DNA of 64,000 bases from Spirochaetaceae bacterium (GTDB lineage Bacteria > Spirochaetota > Spirochaetia > DSM-27196 > PWMO01), in NCBI GenBank assembly GCA_007693485.1, contig REDM01000202.1, positions 16,141 to 80,140 of the forward strand. Reading direction: 5' to 3'. Position 1 is the first letter of the stretch; the number at the start of each line of letters is the position of its first letter. Under the pieces are notes generated by a model. That model had not been told where the DNA came from. It was given only the letters and a program-made list of their open reading frames with translations, and made no database searches. A program made the translations under genes and the position numbers. Shown piece by piece: positions 53,809-62,576 of this stretch.

Positions 53809-54431
53809 GGTGTGCCTCCGGATCGCACCGGTTTGCCGCCTGCCGAATCGAGACGGTACAAATCGAGCCGTTCCCACGGCGTCGCGATTGTCTCCCCGGG
53901 ACGGAGTGCTTCCAGCAGACGAAGGGCCGGAACCAGCTTGACCGGGCGCAACTCGACGCGGCAGAGGACGTAGTGTTCGTTGATCTCGGGAATTGCTCCG
54001 GTGGGTATGGCAAAGGAGCGAATGGCAAAGAACTCTCGCAGGAACTCATCGCGGGATGCAAAGCGGCGCTGAGCCCCAACCGGCGACTCGATCACGTACT
54101 CGCGGGTAAACCGGTCGCGAAACGCGATGAAGCTCGGGTGGTATTCCGCGACCAGTTGATCACCGAGCAGTCCGGCAAGCCCGTCAAGCGGCCGGTAGAG
54201 CCGGATCTCAAACGCGACCTCCGATCGCATGCCCGACTCAAGAGCCTCGATCACGGCGGTGCCGTCGTGTATCAGGAGGACGTCTACCGACACGGCGCGC
54301 GGCGCTATCACGGCACGCACTTCCGCGCGCTGTGCGGCCACTGGTACGGAGACACTCAGCAGAATCGCGGCCAGGGCCGGGATCCGGCTACTCCTCCTCG
54401 AAGCGCTTATCAAACAGCGTTGCAAGCGCAT
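53805..54431 (-). CDS. Hypothetical exported protein coupled to the NtrY-like kinase (possibly DUF4390-like)
   Basis: Signal-like N-terminus (IPALAAILLSVSVPVAAQ) and well-behaved composition. Start ambiguous (ATG at 54449, 54440 or 54431), and all choices overlap the ptsH 3' end. The family guess is weak. Confidence 0.5.
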   Translation of the reverse strand: MRLQRCLISASRRSSRIPALAAILLSVSVPVAAQRAEVRAVIAPRAVSVDVLLIHDGTAVIEALESGMRSEVAFEIRLYRPLDGLAGLLGDQLVAEYHPSFIAFRDRFTREYVIESPVGAQRRFASRDEFLREFFAIRSFAIPTGAIPEINEHYVLCRVELRPVKLVPALRLLEALRPGETIATPWERLDLYRLDSAGGKPVRSGGTP

Positions 54432-54654
54432 CAACCGCATCCTGCTCATCGGAGCCTTCCGCGCGAATCGTGATCACCGCCTGATACGCCGCACCCAGGG
54501 TGATGATGCCCATAATGGACTTTGCGTTGATCTCTTCACCATCCTTGGTGAACATGATCTGCGATTGGTACTTGGCGGCGGTCTGCACGATCAGGGCTGC
54601 GGGACGAGCGTGGATTCCCGCGCGGTTGGTGACCGTGACGTCGCGTTCAATCAT
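54388..54654 (-). CDS. ptsH: Phosphocarrier protein HPr
   Basis: 88 aa with the His15 context NRAGIHARPA and the Ser46 context NAKSIMGI. Confidence 0.92.
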   Translation of the reverse strand: MIERDVTVTNRAGIHARPAALIVQTAAKYQSQIMFTKDGEEINAKSIMGIITLGAAYQAVITIRAEGSDEQDAVDALATLFDKRFEEE

Positions 54655-55642
54655 GGTGTTCCTCGTGGCTGTTCTGGACGTACCGACTCCGCGCGTTCTC
54701 GCTTTCGAGCCACTTGAGCACGCTCTGGTTGAACTCGCGCGCGGAGTAGTACCCCATCTTTTTGAGCCGCTCGTTACGGGCGGCCGTTTCGATAATGATC
54801 GGAATGTTGCGTCCCGGCTTCACCGGGATTTCCAGGATCGGCACCTTGACGCCAAGAATCTCCCGCGTCCGGTCCTCCGCTCCAATGCGATCGTACTCCT
54901 TGTTGGAGTCCCAGTACTCGAGGCAGACGACCAGCTGAATCTGTTTGTTCTCCCGGATCGCACCAACCCCAAAGAGGTGGGTGATGTTGATGATGCCGAG
55001 TCCGCGGATCTCCATGTGATGCCCGAGCGCGCGGTTTGCACCCTGGCCCAGGAGGATGTTTCCCGCGATACAGCGGATCTCCACGGCATCGTCCGCGACC
55101 AGCCGGTGACCGCGCTCAACGAGCTCGAGGGCGGTCTCGCTTTTTCCAACCCCGCTGTCTCCAAGGATCAGTACTCCGATGCCAAAGACCTCCACCAGAA
55201 CCCCGTGGATGGTTTCCACCGCGGCAAAGACGTTGGAGAGCGCGCGCATGAGGCGACTCGAGAGTTCCGAAGAGGGAAGATCGGTCTTGAGTACCGGCGT
55301 GTGCGACTGTTCGGCCTGGGTGAAGAACGCGGGCGTGGGATCGAGCCCGTGGGTGAAGAGCACGCAGGGCATCTGGTGCTGGAAGTACTCGGCAAACACC
55401 TCGGTCCGCCCCGCTTCCTCGAGTTCCTGCAGGTATGCCGTCTCGCCACGGCCGAAGACCTGGATTCGATCCTCGCCGAAGTTGTCAAAAAACCCGTTCA
55501 ACGCGAGTCCGGGTCGGTTGATGTCGGGAACCCGGATATCACGCGTCAACCCCGGACGGCCCCCAATGCAGTGCAGATCGAGGGCGTCGTGCTCTTTGAG
55601 ATCGAGATCGAGCAGGTCGAGGACGGTAAAACTCTTGATCAT
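54647..55642 (-). CDS. hprK: HPr kinase/phosphorylase
   Basis: 331 aa. Walker A GDSGVGKSETALELVERGHRLVADD and the downstream IRGLGIINI signature. Confidence 0.92.
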   Translation of the reverse strand: MIKSFTVLDLLDLDLKEHDALDLHCIGGRPGLTRDIRVPDINRPGLALNGFFDNFGEDRIQVFGRGETAYLQELEEAGRTEVFAEYFQHQMPCVLFTHGLDPTPAFFTQAEQSHTPVLKTDLPSSELSSRLMRALSNVFAAVETIHGVLVEVFGIGVLILGDSGVGKSETALELVERGHRLVADDAVEIRCIAGNILLGQGANRALGHHMEIRGLGIINITHLFGVGAIRENKQIQLVVCLEYWDSNKEYDRIGAEDRTREILGVKVPILEIPVKPGRNIPIIIETAARNERLKKMGYYSAREFNQSVLKWLESENARSRYVQNSHEEHHD

Positions 55643-55932
55643 TTGTGCTCTTTGATCTTTTCCTTCTCCTTGCGGACTTTCTTTTCCAGCTTGGAGATGA
55701 GGACCTCAAGTCCCGGATGGAGATCGAAGGATTTGTGCTTGATCACGTGCGAAAGCCCCCAGCGGAAGTGGGTCTTGACCTCGAGTTCGAACTCGTGTGT
55801 TTCCCGCACCAGAATGAACTCGAGGTCAACGATCATATCCTTCGCGTAATCGATCTTCTGAAGCTTTTCATCGATGTACTCGCGCGTCTCGTCTCTCAGA
55901 TCGAAGTGAACCGCCTGGACTTGTAGATGCAT
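55639..55932 (-). CDS. hpf: Ribosome hibernation promoting factor / RaiA (short form)
   Basis: 97 aa. The beta-alpha-beta-beta-beta-alpha pattern starts at MHLQVQAVHFDLRDETREYIDEKLQKI. Canonical position directly after rpoN. Confidence 0.85.
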   Translation of the reverse strand: MHLQVQAVHFDLRDETREYIDEKLQKIDYAKDMIVDLEFILVRETHEFELEVKTHFRWGLSHVIKHKSFDLHPGLEVLISKLEKKVRKEKEKIKEHK

Positions 55933-55953
55933 ACACCTTCCTCCCGCTCTTTG

Positions 55954-57423
55954 CTATCGTTCGTACGAAGAGCTGATATCCAGCTCGTTGCGATACTTCG
56001 CCACCGTTCGGCGCGCAATATCGATTCCCCGCTTACTCAGCAGTTCCGATATGCGCTGATCGGACAGCGCCTTTCCTGACCCCGCCTGCTCTGCGAGGAT
56101 CTCCTTGATGATCTGCTTTACGGCCTCCTTGGAAAATCGCGAACCGGTTGACCCGGCCCCCGAGATCGAGTTGGAGAAGAAGTACTTGAGCTCGAAGATC
56201 CCCCACTCGGTCTGCACGTACTTGCTGGTGGTGATGCGAGACACCGTTGCCTCGTGCACCCCAACCTCCCCGGCAATATCCTTGAGCGTCAGCGGCACCA
56301 GCGCCTTGGGTCCGCGAACAAAAAAGTCCCGCTGGAACTCGACAATCGCCCGCGACACCTTGAGCAGCGTCTGGTTGCGCTGATGAATACTGTGGATGAA
56401 CCAGCGAGCGTCGCGAACAGTCTGGTTGACAAACCGTTTTACGCTCTTGTCGGCCACAACCGGCTGATCGGCGGGCGCCGTCTCCTCCGCGGAGGCACCG
56501 TCCGCATCCGGCGGCTTCTTGCCCGCAGCCGCGGAGCTGCCGTTCTTCGATGCCCGCGGCTGATTGATCCCGGCGAAAAAGGGATTGATGCCGAGAACCG
56601 GAATCTCCTCATCGTTGATGAAGATCACCACCTGCCCGTCACGAACCGTGACCAGCAGGTCGGGGATGACGTAGGTGGGCGTGTCGGACGAGAACTCCCG
56701 ACCGGGGAAGGGCGTCAGCCGGCGAATTGCCGTCAGCGCCTCGGTCACCGCGTCTTCGTCGACCTTGAGTTTTTTTGCAATCTCGGTGTACTTGCCGCGA
56801 TCGAGCAGCTCCAGATAGTCGCGAATAATCGGAATTGCGACCGGCGGCATCCCGTCTGCCATCTCCGCCTGAACGACGAGCGACTCACGATAGTCGGATA
56901 CGCAGGTGCCAAACGGGTCAAACCGTCGGATCATCTGCATCATGGGGCCGAGCAGGGCCTCCCGGTCCGGTCCGACGAGAAGCGTTGGGTCCTCGATGTG
57001 AAAACCGTTGCGATCGAGATTGTTGATCAGCAGCTCGCCCACGGCAAAGTTCTCGGGATCGATCGGCTGAACCCGTAACTGCCAGAGCAGATGCTCGTGC
57101 AGCGATTCGGGACGGGAGAGGGCTCCCTCCATGAACTTGCGCTTGGCGTCCCCGGCCTCGTCGTCGTAGCCGCCCGTCGTAAAACCGGGATCGGAGCTGT
57201 TCTCAAATATCTCAAATTCATCGGCTTTTTTTTGATCAACGTCGTCGAGCGAGAGGGTCGCCTTCTCTTCTACCAGATCCAGAGCGGGATTGGCCTCCAG
57301 TTCTTCCTGGATGCGGGTACGGAGATCCTGAATGGGAAGCGCCATGAGCTGAATGCTCTGAAAGAGCTGCGGACTGAGTTTGAGGCGCTGTTCCTGTACG
57401 AGTGCCGGTTTCTGATACTGCAA
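55954..57423 (-). CDS. rpoN: RNA polymerase sigma-54 factor
   Basis: 489 aa. Region I QEQRLKLSPQLFQSIQLMALP, core-binding region, C-terminal HTH and RpoN box (ARRTVAKYR). The start codon is TTG (57423..57421). Confidence 0.93.
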   Translation of the reverse strand: MQYQKPALVQEQRLKLSPQLFQSIQLMALPIQDLRTRIQEELEANPALDLVEEKATLSLDDVDQKKADEFEIFENSSDPGFTTGGYDDEAGDAKRKFMEGALSRPESLHEHLLWQLRVQPIDPENFAVGELLINNLDRNGFHIEDPTLLVGPDREALLGPMMQMIRRFDPFGTCVSDYRESLVVQAEMADGMPPVAIPIIRDYLELLDRGKYTEIAKKLKVDEDAVTEALTAIRRLTPFPGREFSSDTPTYVIPDLLVTVRDGQVVIFINDEEIPVLGINPFFAGINQPRASKNGSSAAAGKKPPDADGASAEETAPADQPVVADKSVKRFVNQTVRDARWFIHSIHQRNQTLLKVSRAIVEFQRDFFVRGPKALVPLTLKDIAGEVGVHEATVSRITTSKYVQTEWGIFELKYFFSNSISGAGSTGSRFSKEAVKQIIKEILAEQAGSGKALSDQRISELLSKRGIDIARRTVAKYRNELDISSSYER

Positions 57424-57443
57424 AGGTTCCCCGCTCCATTCAT

Positions 57444-57470
57444 ATTGTAGCAGGGGTCCCCCTTTGTCAA
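57444..57470 (-). promoter_or_regulatory. Candidate sigma70-type promoter for rpoN in the lptB-rpoN gap
   Basis: Minus strand TTGACA (57470-57465), 15 nt spacer, TACAAT (57449-57444). The spacer AAGGGGGACCCCTGC contains the palindrome GGGGnCCCC. Both hexamers are near consensus, but the spacer is short. Confidence 0.4.
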
Positions 57471-57528
57471 TCTTGGAAACACTCCGATTGCAGGAACATC
57501 GATCAGATGAAGCCTCGTTTCTGGATGG

Positions 57529-58299
57529 TCAGATGCGGAACTCTTCGCCGAGATAGACCTTCCGCGCGAGCTCGTTGCGCATCACCTCATCGCGGCTTCC
57601 GGCAACCACGATCTCGCCGTCCTTGATGATGTAGGAACGATGGGTGATCTCCAGGGTATCGCGTACGTTGTGATCGGTGAGCAGCACTCCAATGCCCTGC
57701 CGCGAGAGCGACTGGATGATGGTCTTGATCTCGTAGACGGCAATCGGGTCGATTCCCGCAAACGGTTCGTCCAGCAGAAGGAATTTTGGCTCGATGGCGA
57801 GGGCGCGCGCGATCTCCGTGCGGCGTCGCTCACCGCCCGAAAGGGTGTACGCCTTCTGCCGGGCTACCGCCTCGATCCCCAGTTCCGCAAGCAGAAACTC
57901 GAGTCGCTCCCGCTTCTGACCGCGCGTAAGGTCTGCGCGGGTCTCCAGGACCGCCATCACGTTGTCTTCCACGGAGAGCTTGCGGAATACCGAGGGCTCC
58001 TGCGCCAGGTAGGAGATGCCGAGGCGGGCGCGACGGTACATGGGCCAGTCGGTAATCGTCTGCCCCCCCAACAGGATACGCCCCGCGTTGGGCCGAATGA
58101 AGCCGACGATCATGTAGAACACGGTGGTTTTGCCGGCGCCGTTGGGCCCCAGAAACCCGACCACCTCCGACTGGTGCATATCGAACGAGACACCCTTCAC
58201 CACCAGCTTTCGCCCGTAGCGTTTCTGCAGGTCGCGCACGCCCAACGTCACCGCACCAGCCGGGATTCCCGTGGGTCGCTCGTCAGCTGAGCTACTCAT
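57529..58299 (-). CDS. lptB: LPS export ABC transporter ATP-binding protein LptB
   Basis: 256 aa from MSSSADE (ATG 58299). Walker A GPNGAGKTT, signature LSGGERRR, Walker B LLLDEP. The upstream part of the 330-aa track ORF is Arg/Ser-rich junk. 8-nt overlap with lptA. Confidence 0.9.
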   Translation of the reverse strand: MSSSADERPTGIPAGAVTLGVRDLQKRYGRKLVVKGVSFDMHQSEVVGFLGPNGAGKTTVFYMIVGFIRPNAGRILLGGQTITDWPMYRRARLGISYLAQEPSVFRKLSVEDNVMAVLETRADLTRGQKRERLEFLLAELGIEAVARQKAYTLSGGERRRTEIARALAIEPKFLLLDEPFAGIDPIAVYEIKTIIQSLSRQGIGVLLTDHNVRDTLEITHRSYIIKDGEIVVAGSRDEVMRNELARKVYLGEEFRI

Positions 58300-58993
58300 C
58301 CGCAGCCCTGTTCGACGCACCCTCAGACGCCTCGTCGGAGGTGGTAATGGTGCCGCGCACGGCTCCCTGCAGCGTGATTTCGTCGCGGTCGATGTCGATG
58401 ACAATCCGCGAGGCGCGATACTCATCGCCTCGCCAGAAGACCACCGGCAACCCCGACAACTCGAGGATGTTCTGGTCGCGCCGGTAACGCGCGAACTCGC
58501 TGCGGGTGGTGAGATCCTCACCCAGAATGCGCACCCCTACCTGAATGATGGTAAGGTTCTCGCGGCCCCGGTTTTCCAGCAGGGCCCCTTTGACGACGGT
58601 CTCGTTGCGACGGTCTTCCATCACCGCGTTGCCTTCGGCACGCGTGATCCGCTCGATGCGGTCGTAGAGCAGGCGATCCGCCGTGAGCACGATATCCTGC
58701 TCGCGGTCGATCACGCGAACCGCGCCCCGGGCAACCGCAAACCGAAAGTCGTCGCCGTAGATTTCAATTTCCTGCGCCTCGATCTCGGTGTCTTCGGAGA
58801 CGATTCGTGCGTTGCCCACCAGCAGGGTGCGCTCCCTGCCTGCGGCAAAGACGATAGACGTGCGGTCACCCGAGAACGTAAAGGTAGACGCGCCGAGCGC
58901 GGGAGCCGACACCATCAGCGCGACCACGATACCGAGCAGCACGCACCGGATACGGGGAGCTCGCTGAATCCCGTGTGCCGTGAGACTACTCAT
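58292..58993 (-). CDS. lptA: LptA/OstA-family periplasmic LPS transport protein
   Basis: 233 aa with a signal peptide and repeated OstA-like beta-jellyroll strands (...GNARIVSEDTEIEAQEIEIY..., GNAVMEDR...). Position between lptC and lptB. Confidence 0.78.
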   Translation of the reverse strand: MSSLTAHGIQRAPRIRCVLLGIVVALMVSAPALGASTFTFSGDRTSIVFAAGRERTLLVGNARIVSEDTEIEAQEIEIYGDDFRFAVARGAVRVIDREQDIVLTADRLLYDRIERITRAEGNAVMEDRRNETVVKGALLENRGRENLTIIQVGVRILGEDLTTRSEFARYRRDQNILELSGLPVVFWRGDEYRASRIVIDIDRDEITLQGAVRGTITTSDEASEGASNRAADE

Positions 58994-59525
58994 CGGTTAC
59001 CAGCCTGCCGCTCACCTGCCGGGCGAACTCCATGGTACTGGTGCGCATGTCGGCGCTGAAGCCAATTCCTTCCACCACGGTGCCGCCGTCACGTTCGAGG
59101 CGGACCAGGGCGTCGGGCTCCCCGGTGAGCAGCCGTTCGGCATCGTTCCAGAAGAGGGCGTCGGCAACAATGCGAGCCTCCTGAGCGGTGGAGTAAAAAG
59201 CGATGTTGCCCGCGAGCTCCACGTTGTCGCTGTCGGTGTGGTACACGGCGAAGTCGGCGCGACCGGAACTGAGCAGCTCTCCATCGGCGTCAAACTCACG
59301 AAACTCGAAGGTGGTAAACTCCTGCCGCTGCCGCCGTGGGTACGACTCCACCCGCCCGGCGGAGACCTGAAAGCGTCGCGCCTCGCTGCGCACGATCACC
59401 ATCCGTGCCTGCACCATCACGGTCTCGGGGATCTGATCCGAGCGATCCTCGCCGACCTGTGCGGGCCGGTAATCGAGGCTGCAGGAGATGCAGCCCACGA
59501 AAATCAGCAGCAGAAGGAGCCTCAT
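58986..59525 (-). CDS. lptC: LptC-like lipoprotein
   Basis: 179 aa from MRLLLLLIFVGCISC (lipobox), with LptC-type beta-rich sequence. Starts 2 nt after the pyrG stop. The track ORF start 59672 overlaps pyrG and is rejected. Confidence 0.7.
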   Translation of the reverse strand: MRLLLLLIFVGCISCSLDYRPAQVGEDRSDQIPETVMVQARMVIVRSEARRFQVSAGRVESYPRRQRQEFTTFEFREFDADGELLSSGRADFAVYHTDSDNVELAGNIAFYSTAQEARIVADALFWNDAERLLTGEPDALVRLERDGGTVVEGIGFSADMRTSTMEFARQVSGRLVTDE

Positions 59526-59527
59526 GC

Positions 59528-61156
59528 TCAGCTTCCGTCCGCCTCCTCGGCGGAGCCCCCGTGCGCACAGGCGGCTGCGACAAACCCGGCAAAGAGTGGA
59601 TGAGCGGCAAAGGGTTTGGATTTGAACTCGGGGTGAAACTGAACCCCGATGCCCCACGGGTGGCCCTTCCACTCAACCGACTCCACGAGCGAGTCATCTG
59701 CGGTAACCGCCGTGATGAGCAGGCCGGCGTCGTTCAGCTGTTCACGGTAGGAGTTGGAGAACTCGTAGCGATGGCGGTGACGCTCTTCGATCATCTCCGC
59801 GCCGTATACCTCACGGATTGTAGTACCGGGCAACAGCTTTGACTCGTTGCTCCCGAGCCGCATCGTACCACCGTACATTTTTACGTTGACCTGGTCCTCG
59901 AGCAGGCTGACCACCGGGTGTTCGGTCTCCGGCGCAAACTCGGTGCTGTCGGCATCGACGAGACCGAGGACCGACCGAGCGTACTCGATGACCATGACCT
60001 GCATTCCGAGGCAGATGCCCAGGTAGGGGATCCTGCGGGTGCGGGCGTAGTTGGCAACCTGCACCATCCCGTTGATGCCCCGACTGCCGAATCCACCGGG
60101 CACAAGAATCGCGTCAACTCCCGCGAACACCGCGTCAAGGCTGTCCAGCTTCTCAAGCTTCTCCGAGTCGACCTTGCGAAGTTCCACCCGCACGTCGTTG
60201 GCAATGCCTCCGTGAAAGAGCGCTTCGTCGACCGACTTGTAGGAGTCGTTGAGGTCGATGTACTTCCCGACCACGGCGATGGTGATGGTGCGATCGGCAT
60301 CACGCATGACCCGCACCACGTGCTCCCACTCACTGAGATCAACCGGACCCGCCTCGAGGTGCAGCTTTTTCAGCACGATCTCATCGAGCTTCTGCCGGTG
60401 AAAGATGAGTGGAATCTCGTAGATGGTGGTTTCGACGTCGCTGGCGGAGATGACCGCATCAACCTCCACGTTGGTGAAGAGGGCGATCTTTCGACGAAGA
60501 TCCTCATCGAGGGGGACCGACGCGCGACAAAGCAGCACATCGGGCTGCACCCCGATCTCACGCATCTCCTTGACGGAGTGCTGGGTCGGCTTGGTCTTGA
60601 GCTCGCCGCCGGCGGTTTCGGGAACAAGGGTCAGATGGACAAAGATGACGTTCTCGTGACCGAGTTCGTGGACCATCTGCCGCCCGGCTTCCAGGAACGG
60701 TACCGATTCGATGTCGCCCACCGTTCCGCCCACCTCGACGATGGTCACGTCTGCGTCGGGCTGCTCACCGATCATGGAGATTCGCTGCTTGATGCGATCG
60801 GTAATGTGGGGAATAACCTGGACGGTGCGCCCAAGGTAGCGCCCCTCGCGCTCGCGCTGGATCACTTCCTGGTAGATCTGGCCGGTGGTGATGGAGTTGG
60901 CCCGACTAAGCGGCGACTGAGTGTAGCGCGCGTAGTTCCCGAGATCGAGGTCGGTCTCCGCTCCGTCGTCGGTGACGTAGACCTCGCCGTGCTGATAGGG
61001 GCTCATGGTGCCGGCGTCGACGTTGATGTACGGGTCGATTTTCACCATGCGGACGTTGAGTCCGCGACACTCCATGAGACTTCCCAACGACGCCGCCGCG
61101 ATGCCCTTTCCCAAGCTGGAGCAGACGCCGCCGGATACAAATATGTACTTTCTCAT
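59528..61156 (-). CDS. pyrG: CTP synthase
   Basis: 542 aa: [45 protein letters not shown], glutaminase domain GICLGMQ and HRHRYE. Confidence 0.95.
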   Translation of the reverse strand: MRKYIFVSGGVCSSLGKGIAAASLGSLMECRGLNVRMVKIDPYINVDAGTMSPYQHGEVYVTDDGAETDLDLGNYARYTQSPLSRANSITTGQIYQEVIQREREGRYLGRTVQVIPHITDRIKQRISMIGEQPDADVTIVEVGGTVGDIESVPFLEAGRQMVHELGHENVIFVHLTLVPETAGGELKTKPTQHSVKEMREIGVQPDVLLCRASVPLDEDLRRKIALFTNVEVDAVISASDVETTIYEIPLIFHRQKLDEIVLKKLHLEAGPVDLSEWEHVVRVMRDADRTITIAVVGKYIDLNDSYKSVDEALFHGGIANDVRVELRKVDSEKLEKLDSLDAVFAGVDAILVPGGFGSRGINGMVQVANYARTRRIPYLGICLGMQVMVIEYARSVLGLVDADSTEFAPETEHPVVSLLEDQVNVKMYGGTMRLGSNESKLLPGTTIREVYGAEMIEERHRHRYEFSNSYREQLNDAGLLITAVTADDSLVESVEWKGHPWGIGVQFHPEFKSKPFAAHPLFAGFVAAACAHGGSAEEADGS

Positions 61157-61163
61157 GGGGCTT

Positions 61164-61193
61164 AATTATCCCGATTCACGGTATGCCGTGTCA
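61164..61193 (-). promoter_or_regulatory. Candidate sigma70-type promoter immediately upstream of pyrG
   Basis: Minus strand TTGACA (61193-61188), 18 nt spacer, GATAAT (61169-61164), then 7 nt before ATG 61156. The spacer holds the hairpin CACGG-CATA-CCGTG. Confidence 0.3.
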
Positions 61194-61198
61194 ATGAT

Positions 61199-61648
61199 TC
61201 AGGCAGAAGCGGGTACGGGAAGCACTTCATGACGGGCGGTTGACACCCCGGGTTGCAGGGCCCACGGTGCGACCGCTCTGCTGTGGACAAAGACCGGCAC
61301 ACCCATGCGCGCCGCGAAGGGTACCGCTTGTTCAGCGGAAAGATCGAGTTGGTACCGACGTGCTCGTTCGCGGTAGTGAAGCTGGGCGTGACGGTGATCT
61401 ATTTCCGGTCCGCCGATCTGAACGTACATGGGCCGAAAGCTGTGGGCGCGAAAAAAGAGATCGAGCAGATCGTCGGGGTCGGCTTCCATTCCGTTCGCAC
61501 GCAGGATGATCTCGCCGGCCTTGTGGGGCGCAACATCGATTGACAGGGTATCCCCCACCTCGCGCGAATCGAGCAGTAACCGGCAGCGCCCCGTCGCCCG
61601 TTCGAGCGATACGCCACGCACGGCGAAACGGTAGTATTCGTCTTTCAT
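61199..61648 (-). CDS. Bifunctional nuclease (DUF151/BFN)-like protein
   Basis: 149 aa from MKDEYYRF (ATG 61648). The overall pattern matches DUF151 (V.G...D......L.L...; LDLSAEQAVPFAARMGVPVFVHSRAV versus the family's D.RPSDAI.LA...G.PI.V). Divergent, so moderate confidence. Confidence 0.55.
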   Translation of the reverse strand: MKDEYYRFAVRGVSLERATGRCRLLLDSREVGDTLSIDVAPHKAGEIILRANGMEADPDDLLDLFFRAHSFRPMYVQIGGPEIDHRHAQLHYRERARRYQLDLSAEQAVPFAARMGVPVFVHSRAVAPWALQPGVSTARHEVLPVPASA

Positions 61649-61689
61649 GCCGACCCCAAATATAGCACTCGCCTTCGTGAATTTCACGA

Positions 61690-61719
61690 TTGACAGCGCT
61701 CGATTAAAAAACATACACT
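61690..61719 (+). promoter_or_regulatory. Candidate sigma70-type promoter for cheR-cheB
   Basis: TTGACA (61690-61695), 18 nt spacer, TACACT (61714-61719), in an AT-rich patch 27 nt upstream of the cheR ATG. Confidence 0.3.
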
Positions 61720-61745
61720 ATATCTAAACGTGTACGTGGCGGGGT

Positions 61746-62576
61746 ATGTCAGATTTCCTGAGCGATGACAGCTTTGAACAGTTTCGTGACTTGATCTACA
61801 ACGAGAGTGGCATCCACTTCTCGAGCTCGAACAGGACCATCCTCGAGAGCCGGCTCAAGGAACGCCTTCGTGTCTCCGGGCTTCCCGACGTGATGACCTA
61901 CTATCGCTCCATCACTGCGAATGCCGAAGAACTGAAGATCCTGCTCGATTCGGTGACCACCAACCTGACGCGGTTCTTTCGAAACACCGCCCACATGGAA
62001 ACCTTCGAGTACTATGTCGTTCCGGACCTCATCAAGACCAAGCGGGCGAGCGGCGATTCGCGCATCCGCATCTGGAGCGCCGGCTGCTCCACCGGTGAAG
62101 AGCCCTACACCATCGCCATGCTGGCGCGTGAACTGCTTCCGTCGGGGCTCGATGTGGAAGTGGTTGCCTCCGACATCAGCCTCAAGTCGTTGATGGTCGG
62201 CAAGGAGGCGTTTTACGGCGACAACCGGATTGCCGGCGTCAGCGATCACTACCTCAAGAAGTACTTCACCCGCACCGGCAACGGCTACCAGGTCAACGAT
62301 GAGATTCGCAAGCTGGTTCGGTTCGATTACCACAACCTGAAGAACGACAGCGGATTGCGAAACCTCGACGTGGTGTTTTGTCGAAACGTGCTGATCTACT
62401 TTGACGAGGCGGCGCAGAAGGCGAGTGTGGAACGATTCTGGGATTCGATGGCACCGCACTCGTTTCTCTTCATCGGTCACTCCGAGTCACTCTTCGGGAT
62501 GAACACCCGGTTTGAGTTTCTCAAAACCGACTGGGCGTGCATCTACCGAAAAAATCAGGCAGGAACACCGAAGTGA
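61746..62576 (+). CDS. cheR: Chemotaxis protein methyltransferase CheR
   Basis: 276 aa: [52 protein letters not shown]. Confidence 0.93.
   Translation: MSDFLSDDSFEQFRDLIYNESGIHFSSSNRTILESRLKERLRVSGLPDVMTYYRSITANAEELKILLDSVTTNLTRFFRNTAHMETFEYYVVPDLIKTKRASGDSRIRIWSAGCSTGEEPYTIAMLARELLPSGLDVEVVASDISLKSLMVGKEAFYGDNRIAGVSDHYLKKYFTRTGNGYQVNDEIRKLVRFDYHNLKNDSGLRNLDVVFCRNVLIYFDEAAQKASVERFWDSMAPHSFLFIGHSESLFGMNTRFEFLKTDWACIYRKNQAGTPK

Noticed and set aside
57529-58521. 330-aa version of lptB (track ORF) and 228-aa version of lptC (58986-59672).
   Set aside because: The upstream extensions are Arg/Ser/Pro-rich, overlap the preceding genes (lptA, pyrG) extensively and precede obvious native N-termini (MSSSADE... 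before the ABC domain; the lipobox MRLLLLLIFVGCISC).
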